From: Candidatus Thorarchaeota archaeon
GTDB lineage: Archaea; Asgardarchaeota; Thorarchaeia; Thorarchaeales; Thorarchaeaceae
Direction of reading: 5' to 3'
Assembly: GCA_003345555.1 (NCBI GenBank)
Contig: PRDJ01000064.1
Coordinates: forward strand, 1-11,694
Length of the DNA stretch: 11,694 bases
Under the pieces are notes generated by a model that saw only the letters and a list, made by a program, of their open reading frames with translations, was not told where the DNA came from and searched no databases. How positions within the stretch are numbered: position 1 is the stretch's first letter; each line of letters begins with the position of its first letter. The position numbers and the translations under genes were made by a program. Of this stretch, positions 1-6,581 are shown in pieces.

Positions 1-936
1 ACAGCCAATCCAGAACCCCTTCTCCTGCAGTTGAGGCCTGAAATAGACTCCTGCCATCGGTAGTATGGTGAAAGGTATGCAACCCTTGTCACTGAAGCCC
101 TTGGTGTACAGAAGGTCCATGAGAGGTTTCTTCTCACTGGCATGAATCACAAACATCTGACGCTTCTTCGCCTTGGTCTGACTGTCGAATCCGATTGGGT
201 CAAGAAGCCTGTTACTCCATGCGTCTGTTGCCAGAACGACCATCTCAGCTCTGAGGACCCCACTGCTTGTCTTTACTCCGTTCACTCGTTTGTTTTGCCA
301 GACAAATGGTTCACCGGGCATGTCAAGTTTGGGATCCGCTTCGAGCAAGAGTCCAGTAACCTCGACTCCGAACTTGGGCTTCACTTTCGACAGTTTCGAG
401 AACTCTTGCAGATAGAAACTGACGAGCTTGGTTGGGTCGAGTACTCCACAATCAGGGCCGAACAGTCCATAGCTCACTTCTGGCAGGTGCAGTAGCTGAG
501 CTTCCTCATCTCGTGCGAAGTCAACATTCAAGCTCGGTATCATCTTCTTGAGCTGCTTCTTGTCGTACAAAGTCCACCTGATGCTGGATGCCTTCATCTT
601 CTGCATCCACATTTGCACGCTTGGATCATTGAACTGCTTGTCACTCATGAGCCAAAGATACCCACACTTTTCGAATGTCAAGTCAAAGCCCATCTTGGTT
701 TGTACGCTTTCGATGAACTTGATGGAGCTGTCAGTGAGGAGCTGATTAGTTGAAGATGCGAACATGTTCCTGACTGCTGCTGCGCTCATGGCTGTGTTTC
801 CCTGCCCGGCAGCGGGTAGTCTGTCTATTAGGAGAATCCGCTTAGTTGGATTATTCTTTTGCAGGTAGTAAGCCGTAGAGCACCCGACAACACCTGCACC
901 GACAACGATTATGTCAAAAGGCTCTGTGCTGCTCAC
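1..936 (-). CDS. FAD-dependent oxidoreductase, DAO/sarcosine oxidase beta/proline dehydrogenase beta family (continues past the left edge, 3' end missing)
   Basis: Translated by hand from GTG at 936, open to position 1 (312 codons): MSSTEPFDIIVVGAGVVGCSTAYYLQKNNPTKRILLIDRLPAAGQGNTAMSAAAVRNMF...CGYLWL...GVLDPTKLV...GVKTSSGVLRAEMVVLATDAWS...KKRQMF...GVYFRP. It has the GxGxxG dinucleotide-binding fold and family-typical motifs. GGAGG SD at 950-946. Absent from the ORF track, apparently because there is no stop codon inside the window. Confidence 0.92.
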   Translation of the reverse strand, partial: MSSTEPFDIIVVGAGVVGCSTAYYLQKNNPTKRILLIDRLPAAGQGNTAMSAAAVRNMFASSTNQLLTDSSIKFIESVQTKMGFDLTFEKCGYLWLMSDKQFNDPSVQMWMQKMKASSIRWTLYDKKQLKKMIPSLNVDFARDEEAQLLHLPEVSYGLFGPDCGVLDPTKLVSFYLQEFSKLSKVKPKFGVEVTGLLLEADPKLDMPGEPFVWQNKRVNGVKTSSGVLRAEMVVLATDAWSNRLLDPIGFDSQTKAKKRQMFVIHASEKKPLMDLLYTKGFSDKGCIPFTILPMAGVYFRPQLQEKGFWIGC

Positions 937-1043
937 CCTACTGCGCCTCCGGAAAGGTGGGTGTCTCGCGCAGGCTGCGGCCTAAAACAGTTTCGTATTG
1001 ACCGCGGCCTCTTGGCTGTAGCCACGGCGGGTCTGTGGCCGAT

Positions 1044-1086
1044 GAACATAAGTATTCTATGCGATTCTCATACTGTACGATAGGAG
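1044..1086 (+). promoter_or_regulatory. Putative TATA-like box (GAACATAAG, 1044-1052) and SD (AGGAG, 1082-1086) for the propeller gene
   Basis: AT-rich box about 45 nt before the ATG at 1097 and AGGAG 10 nt before it. Position is consistent with a short leadered transcript. Confidence 0.35.
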
Positions 1087-1096
1087 ATTCAGAATC

Positions 1097-2089
1097 ATGC
1101 CCGGTCTTGTTGTGAGAAAAGACAATGGTGACCTCAAGTGGTATCCTATGTTCAAGCAGGCAACGAGGTACACATTCTATCCAGATGAGAAGGAAGAGAA
1201 CAAAGAGTCAGGTCGAGAGGTTGGCAGCGGATTCAACTTCGAGAAGTACCTGATTGGGTACTGGATGCCAGGTGGCGGAAGTACACAACACAGACGAGTG
1301 GGCGGTGGCTCATCGTTGATCGCTATCGAGAAGAACGGCGACATGAAGCACTACCCGTTTGTCAATGGGACATTCAAGGGCGCGAAAGGATCGGGCGACA
1401 AGGTGGGCCAGGGATTCCAAGCTAAATGGGACTACTATGTGGCTGAATGGACGGGCCAAGCCAAGTCCGACTTGCTAGTGCGTGACGATGAGGGGCACTT
1501 GCGTCTCTTCCCATGGGATGGATCCAAGTTCAGAGACTTGGGGTCCTCGGAGAAGGTAGGCGAGGGTTTCGACAAGGACAAGTGGCCCGACCTGTACCCC
1601 GGCTATTGGAATGGGACTGTGTACCCTGACCTTCTAGCCCGGGAGAAGGACGGGGACCTCTACGTGTATTCCTTTGACGGCAAGACATTCAAGAATGCGA
1701 AGCCGCGAAAGGTGGGTCGAGGCTTCGGAAAGGAGTTTACTCATCTACTCGTTGATGAGTGGATGGGCAGTCGCGTTCCCGCCATCATTGCCCGACATAA
1801 GAACGGCAAGTTGACTTTCTACCGTTACGGCCGTCTGAACCCTAAGGAGAGTCTCAATGTTTTCGCAGACGGTCCATATCCGACAGTAGGGCAGGGTTTC
1901 AAGGACAATTGGGTTTACATCGTTGGGCACTGGCGCAATCCGGGAAATCCTGACCTCGTCGTGTGTGACGACGATCATAATCTCAGGTTCTATCCTTGGG
2001 ATGGTCAGACCTTCGTAGATCTGCGCGGCGACGACAAGACGATCGGAAGAGGATTCAAGTTCACACACTTCTGGGATTTCTATGCGTGA
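1097..2089 (+). CDS. FG-GAP/VCBS-like (tachylectin-like) repeat protein, predicted six-bladed beta-propeller
   Basis: Six copies of a roughly 51-61 aa repeat, consensus DLLVRxxxGxLxxYPxxGxxF...(V/I)GxGF...W. The (V/I)GxGF motif is at aa 42, 103, 154, 206, 264 and 316. No hydrophobic N-terminus. An in-frame TAA at 1049-1051 caps any upstream extension. Confidence 0.85.
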   Translation: MPGLVVRKDNGDLKWYPMFKQATRYTFYPDEKEENKESGREVGSGFNFEKYLIGYWMPGGGSTQHRRVGGGSSLIAIEKNGDMKHYPFVNGTFKGAKGSGDKVGQGFQAKWDYYVAEWTGQAKSDLLVRDDEGHLRLFPWDGSKFRDLGSSEKVGEGFDKDKWPDLYPGYWNGTVYPDLLAREKDGDLYVYSFDGKTFKNAKPRKVGRGFGKEFTHLLVDEWMGSRVPAIIARHKNGKLTFYRYGRLNPKESLNVFADGPYPTVGQGFKDNWVYIVGHWRNPGNPDLVVCDDDHNLRFYPWDGQTFVDLRGDDKTIGRGFKFTHFWDFYA

Positions 2090-2090
2090 A

Positions 2091-2114
2091 GGGGAAGTCT
2101 TTATTTACTTCCCC
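2091..2114 (+). terminator. Stem-loop immediately after the propeller stop codon
   Basis: GGGGAAGT (2091-2098) / ACTTCCCC (2107-2114) is a perfect 8-bp inverted repeat with a T-rich 8-nt loop, starting 2 nt after TGA. Confidence 0.45.
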
Positions 2115-2216
2115 GTCAATAATAGTATGCAAGGCGATGTTGCCTTAGCATGAATCGGATATTTCATTTCGCAAGAATCGATGGGCTTGGTTGCTCGCTG
2201 CAAGAGTTAGCTCTGC

Positions 2217-2224
2217 TTCTTTTT
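2217..2224 (+). terminator. Possible oligo-T archaeal terminator
   Basis: TTCTTTTT tract about 130 nt downstream of the propeller gene. Confidence 0.25.
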
Positions 2225-2351
2225 GGCTGGCACTCTGAACCAGCTGGCTTTGAGCTTGAATTCGCGGTAGACTCCTTCGTAGAGAGAACACTAGGCAATC
2301 GTGGACGGGTTTGAAATACGATGAATTGGCGAATCGCACAGAGCCGTATCC

Positions 2352-2359
2352 GGAGGTGA
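2352..2359 (+). promoter_or_regulatory. Consensus archaeal Shine-Dalgarno GGAGGTGA
   Basis: Perfect 8-nt match to the anti-SD, 4 nt before GTG at 2364. An AT-rich TTTGAAATA at 2310-2318 may be the TATA box. Confidence 0.6.
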
Positions 2360-2363
2360 GATA

Positions 2364-2516
2364 GTGAACAGACAAAGTCAGTCCAGTCTCTTGAAGTCTG
2401 GTAACGGGAACAACGTCCGTCGCACAACCTCCGCCGGAAGGCAACCGAGGAAATCGGGTGCCAAGAAGATCCCCGTAATCGTTGACCCATTGGGTCTCGG
2501 TTGGTCAGGTTGCTAG
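2364..2516 (+). CDS. Small basic protein/peptide, 50 aa, unknown function
   Basis: GTG...TAG gives MNRQSQSSLLKSGNGNNVRRTTSAGRQPRKSGAKKIPVIVDPLGLGWSGC. It has a perfect SD and lies in an otherwise gene-free gap. It is shorter than any ORF in the track. Confidence 0.55.
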   Translation: MNRQSQSSLLKSGNGNNVRRTTSAGRQPRKSGAKKIPVIVDPLGLGWSGC

Positions 2517-2517
2517 T

Positions 2518-2642
2518 TGCCTCACGGGATTGAGGCATCCATAGTGTGTTGTAACCCAGTGCGAGCGGCCGCACTGGGCCTCGCTATGCTTTCTTCATTG
2601 ACCATGCGAGTATTGGCGCATCCATGATGGGATTTCTCATCA
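2518..2642 (+). other. Cluster of inverted repeats (structured UTR or ncRNA candidate)
   Basis: TGCCTCA/TGAGGCA (2518-2537), CCCAGTGCG/CGCACTGGG (2555-2578), CTCGC..GCGAG (2580-2610) and TGATGGG/CTCATCA with one G-U pair (2625-2642). Confidence 0.35.
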
Positions 2643-2711
2643 CTTTGCTTCCCGGTATGCTTATCTGACCGAGAGCGAACAGCAAGCACAGCGAGAAGGG
2701 CGGTTCATTAT

Positions 2712-4295
2712 ATGATTGAGGCGGCAAGACAAGGGTGGAAACGACATCCTCGAATTGCAGGTCAGATCGTCCTTCTGATTTTTGTTCTATTCCTAATTTC
2801 CTTTACGGCCCCTCAGACCGTAGACACCACCAGATTCTCGGCAACGCCCATCAGCAGCAGAGTCTCTCTTTGCACTGAAGGAACCAGAGTCGCTATTGTC
2901 AAACCCTGCTTCTCTGCGACCGCTTATTCTCAAGCCTTCTACGTGTTCTACTCCAGATACCAGTCAGTACCTGCCGGCGAGTATGTTACGACGGACTTGA
3001 ATCTCTTGAACAGGACAGTGGTTTCCACATGGGGATTCAGCGAAATGCTCCGTTTGTGGTTGACTGGCGAAACTGCCCATTCTCTCCACCTGGTGCTTGG
3101 CGAGACCGTGAACGTCATAGACGAGATTGATGTCGATAGCGGCGGTCTCTTTCATGATGGCAATAGATTGTACGATGTACTGTTACTGGGATTCACTGAA
3201 TATGTAACTGAAAGGGAGTACCTTTACTACAAGCAATTCGTGGCATCCGGAGGCACACTGATTCTTATGGACGCATGCAACTTCCTTGCTCAAGTTACAT
3301 ATTCTAACGGCTATCTGAGTCTAACGAAGGGCCACGGCTGGGAGTTCAATGGGACGCATGCCTGGAGATCCGTTTATCATAGATGGCCTGATGAAAACAT
3401 GAACTGGATTGGCGGGAATTTCTGGAGGTACTGGACTGGCAGACACTACAATGGCTTCATAGCCAATACAACTAATGCTTTCAGTGTCTTTCTGAGGAGT
3501 CAATTCAGCGAGAACATATCTACGAGCTATCATGGTCACGAGGAGAACGTCTTAGAGAACTTGACAGGTTCCGAAGTCATTGGGTACTGGAACTTTGTCT
3601 ATTCGAGTGAGTATCCCGGGAAGCCGGTGGCAGCTTACATACACAAGTACGGACTGGGGACTGTCATTCACTCTGGGATAATGGCGAGCGATGTGATCAT
3701 GTCAGACGCGTTCATAGGTGTGTTTCTTGCTCTTTCTGTAAGACTAGGGGTGGCGGGAGACGTGGCCGGATGGTCATTCCCGGAACCACTGCTTCCGTCT
3801 GATGAGCCGGTGGAATGTGTCGCGACTATGCACGAAGTGTACGGAGATACTACTTCGGGACCATTTTCTGGCTTAGCATATTGCGATGTCACCTTCAACG
3901 CAACCTCAAATGTGCTGATACACTGCTTTAGCTGCAACCTCCGTTCGGTGTCAGGTACACTGAACATTCAGGTCGGAGAGGTATATCATGAATCATCGAG
4001 TGGAGTCTTGCAGGGTCGGCGTCTGAACAGTAGCTGTTGGCGACTTGACTTCAGTACCTTCCTGCTCGAGAATGCGAACTACGAACTCATAATCAGCGCG
4101 ACTTGGGAGGGCATTGGTGTTCCGCTTCTCTTCAATGAGTCGATGGCTGTACTCCGTTTTGCTGTCATGAATGCCTGGTGGGTGTCCATCTTCCCGTGGG
4201 CTGCCCCCATGGTGGCTTTCATATCTACAGTATCGTTTGCTCTGGCGTACGCGCGGTTTGGCAAGCCGAGGATCCGGCTTCGTGCTGATGAATGA
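2712..4295 (+). CDS. Membrane-anchored surface protein with an N,N-dimethylformamidase beta-subunit-like (GATase-like) domain and a C-terminal Ig-like domain
   Basis: N-terminal basic plus hydrophobic segment (IVLLIFVLFLISF) and C-terminal TM plus basic tail. Motifs VAIVKPxFSATAY and YDVLLLGFTEYVT...F(V)ASGGTLILMDACN are typical of DMFase-beta-like domains. The late DFSTFLLENANYELIISA pattern is Ig-like. Eight N-x-S/T sequons. Confidence 0.7.
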   Translation: MIEAARQGWKRHPRIAGQIVLLIFVLFLISFTAPQTVDTTRFSATPISSRVSLCTEGTRVAIVKPCFSATAYSQAFYVFYSRYQSVPAGEYVTTDLNLLNRTVVSTWGFSEMLRLWLTGETAHSLHLVLGETVNVIDEIDVDSGGLFHDGNRLYDVLLLGFTEYVTEREYLYYKQFVASGGTLILMDACNFLAQVTYSNGYLSLTKGHGWEFNGTHAWRSVYHRWPDENMNWIGGNFWRYWTGRHYNGFIANTTNAFSVFLRSQFSENISTSYHGHEENVLENLTGSEVIGYWNFVYSSEYPGKPVAAYIHKYGLGTVIHSGIMASDVIMSDAFIGVFLALSVRLGVAGDVAGWSFPEPLLPSDEPVECVATMHEVYGDTTSGPFSGLAYCDVTFNATSNVLIHCFSCNLRSVSGTLNIQVGEVYHESSSGVLQGRRLNSSCWRLDFSTFLLENANYELIISATWEGIGVPLLFNESMAVLRFAVMNAWWVSIFPWAAPMVAFISTVSFALAYARFGKPRIRLRADE

Positions 4296-4357
4296 CGGTC
4301 CTCTATCAATGCCAGATTAGGTCAGCTTCCTTTATCGCGTCCCCGTAGACCGTAACT

Positions 4358-4366
4358 GTGATAAGG
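4358..4366 (+). promoter_or_regulatory. Possible TATA-like box (GTGATAAGG) for a leaderless ECF S-component transcript
   Basis: GATAAG ends 27 nt before the ATG at 4392, and no SD is visible. Confidence 0.3.
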
Positions 4367-4391
4367 TCGCCTCAGCCTGTCGACTTGGACA

Positions 4392-5165
4392 ATGACCTTG
4401 GCAGAGGATGCATATAGCCCAACTGAAGAGGCCCTGCAGCGAGTCGAAGGCAGAAGTAGTGCACAGGTGTTTGCTGTTGGAGTGATCCTCGCTAGTGTCT
4501 ACGGAGTCAGCACTCTTCTTCCCATGAGCGGATTCATCGCCGCTGTCGGCGTCACCTCTACGATTAGTTTCAGCATCTGCATCGCCCCGCTATTTGGTAT
4601 TCTGCTGGGTCCCGCCAGAGGTTTCGCATTCGGTCTCGTTGGAGGCGCCGTCGGTAGCTACTTTGCCGTCTATATAGGTGGAGTGCCTCTTGCCGTCCCG
4701 ACAGTAGTGCTCGGACCCGCAATGTCCGGACTATTCACAGGCCTGTGTCTAGGGCGCACCACCACAGTAAGGGGGCTTACAGTACCCGGTCCGATCTTCG
4801 CATTTCTCTATCTGATCCTCATAATCGTTCTTTACTTGATTCCGGATTACGCTGCATGGTGGTTCATGGCACCGTATGTATTGGCTGCAGTGCTATGCCT
4901 CTGTCTTCAGGCTAGGGAAGTGGAATTCGTTCCTAGCGCAAAGCGATTTGCACTGTATGTCAAGCTGCTCCCTTTCACGCTGATTGGAACGATAACCGAT
5001 TTCTCAATGATGACCATGGGTGCAGTCTATCTGCTCGGTTTGCCTGCCACTCTCTTTGGTTACGTCATATTCCCTGTCATGCTTGTCGAAAGGACTACCG
5101 CCACCATTGTGAGTTGCATCATAGCGGCAGCTGTGATTGTGACATTCCGGGGCAGCTGGCGGTAG
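4392..5165 (+). CDS. Polytopic membrane protein, ECF transporter S-component-like
   Basis: About 6-7 hydrophobic segments. The IAPLFGILLGPARGFAFGLVGG motif matches the GxLLGPxxGxxxGxxG pattern of ECF S components. Confidence 0.65.
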   Translation: MTLAEDAYSPTEEALQRVEGRSSAQVFAVGVILASVYGVSTLLPMSGFIAAVGVTSTISFSICIAPLFGILLGPARGFAFGLVGGAVGSYFAVYIGGVPLAVPTVVLGPAMSGLFTGLCLGRTTTVRGLTVPGPIFAFLYLILIIVLYLIPDYAAWWFMAPYVLAAVLCLCLQAREVEFVPSAKRFALYVKLLPFTLIGTITDFSMMTMGAVYLLGLPATLFGYVIFPVMLVERTTATIVSCIIAAAVIVTFRGSWR

Positions 5166-5207
5166 GTTCCTGACAAACTCGAATCAACTTACGGCTTCCA
5201 AGGCAGA

Positions 5208-5215
5208 CTTTAAGT
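5208..5215 (+). promoter_or_regulatory. TATA box (CTTTAAGT) for a probably leaderless transcript
   Basis: TTTAAG at 5209-5214, 28 nt before the ATG at 5242, which is the canonical archaeal spacing. No SD. Confidence 0.5.
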
Positions 5216-5241
5216 TCCAGACTGAGCTATTCTGCCGAGTC

Positions 5242-6456
5242 ATGTCAAGAGTCACGGTCCTTGGTGGTTGCGGTGCCGTCGGAAGCTTTGCCGTGCGGAC
5301 ACTTGTTGATCTTCATGATTTCTCGGAGGTTATCATAGCTGACATTGACGCAAACAAGGCTACTAGCCTTGTCAAATCCCTTCGATCTGGATGCGTGTCT
5401 GCACAGAGGGTGGATGTACTCGACCATGCAAGCTTGCTCAGGATGCTGAAGGATTCCGACGTTGTCCTGAACTGTGTTGGCCCGTTCTACAAGTTTGGGC
5501 CTCCGATATTGAAGGCGGCAATCGAGGCTCGTGTTAACTATGTCGACATTTGTGATGACATTGATGCGACTGACGCGCAGCTGAAGATGGACAGCGACGC
5601 GAGACGTCTGGGGGTGTCCGCATGCATGGGGATGGGGAGTTCTCCAGGAGTGACCAACCTCTTAGCGAAGTTTACAGCTGATAGTCTTCTCGATACCGTG
5701 GACTCAATTGACTTGTACCATGCTCATGGTGGCGAGCCCGTTGAAGGCCCCGGTGTAATAGGACATAGGATCCACTGCATGCAGCTTGACATCCCCGTTT
5801 ACATCAATGGTGCCATGAAGAAGGTCGGCTTCTTTCACAAAGAGGGAGTTGCACTGCAGGAAGAAGTCGACTTCCACATGCTGGGTGCTCATCGAGTATA
5901 CCCATATCCGCATCCTGAGATTCTAACGCTTCCCAAGTACATCAAGTGCAAACGTGTCGTGAATAAGGGAACGGTGCTGCCCGATGAGTACTTCCAGATG
6001 ATTGTTGACGTTGTGCAAAGAGGCTTGCCGGCCAGCAAGCCCACATATGAAAAGGGACAGAAACCATCCGGCCTCGATTCCACGATTTCGTACATTATTG
6101 AACAGCGTGAACGTTTGCTCAAGGAGACCAACTTTGGGGAACAGCGGGGATGTGTAAAGATAGTAGTGTCTGGCGTGGGAAACGGTGAGCCTCATCAATA
6201 CATATTCTCCCTAGCATCACGAGGCCAAGCCATGGGTGAAGGCACTGGCATTCCAGCTGCTTTTGGCGCCGCACTTATGCAGCGAGGTAAGATTACTGAC
6301 AAAGGAGTATTGCCACCGGAAGGCTGTGTTGCGCCGCTTGATTTCTTGGGAATCATGCAGGAGTACCTAAAGCTTGACAAGGTGGGAGGGAAAGGATCCC
6401 CTCTGACTATTGAGTCAGTCGATGCGGACGGCAATATCGAGAAGCTCATTCTATGA
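5242..6456 (+). CDS. Saccharopine dehydrogenase-family NAD(P)-dependent oxidoreductase (lysine 6-dehydrogenase/carboxynorspermidine dehydrogenase-like)
   Basis: Rossmann VTVLGGCGAVG, then IIADID, LNCVGPFYKFG, YVDICDD, GMGSSPGVTN and HPEILTLP, all family-typical motifs. Confidence 0.9.
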   Translation: MSRVTVLGGCGAVGSFAVRTLVDLHDFSEVIIADIDANKATSLVKSLRSGCVSAQRVDVLDHASLLRMLKDSDVVLNCVGPFYKFGPPILKAAIEARVNYVDICDDIDATDAQLKMDSDARRLGVSACMGMGSSPGVTNLLAKFTADSLLDTVDSIDLYHAHGGEPVEGPGVIGHRIHCMQLDIPVYINGAMKKVGFFHKEGVALQEEVDFHMLGAHRVYPYPHPEILTLPKYIKCKRVVNKGTVLPDEYFQMIVDVVQRGLPASKPTYEKGQKPSGLDSTISYIIEQRERLLKETNFGEQRGCVKIVVSGVGNGEPHQYIFSLASRGQAMGEGTGIPAAFGAALMQRGKITDKGVLPPEGCVAPLDFLGIMQEYLKLDKVGGKGSPLTIESVDADGNIEKLIL

Positions 6457-6581
6457 GAGTTGACCGGACGCACAATGAGCTACGAGCTCCCTATACTCAG
6501 GTTCATCTCTGTCGTCTAAGGTTGCCCGAAGCGCTTTTCAATAGGGTATGAATAGAGAAGAGACCTAGTGGGTTGAGGTTC

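Noticed and set aside
142-1083. Plus-strand ORFs 142..495, 548..745 and 859..1083
   Set aside because: They are antisense shadows of the FAD oxidoreductase on the minus strand and show no protein-like motifs.
2420-2470. CCGGAAGGCAAC and GAGGAAATC/GGGTGCCA resemble fragments of SRP RNA helix 8 and RNase P RNA P4
   Set aside because: The matches are partial. The required partner motifs and helices are absent, and the segment reads as coding in the small ORF. An Rfam scan would settle it.
2145-2574. Minus-strand ORFs 2145..2444 and 2164..2574, and a 54-codon plus-strand ORF at 2150
   Set aside because: None has an SD or recognisable motif. The two minus-strand ORFs overlap the SD-supported 50-aa ORF on the opposite strand.
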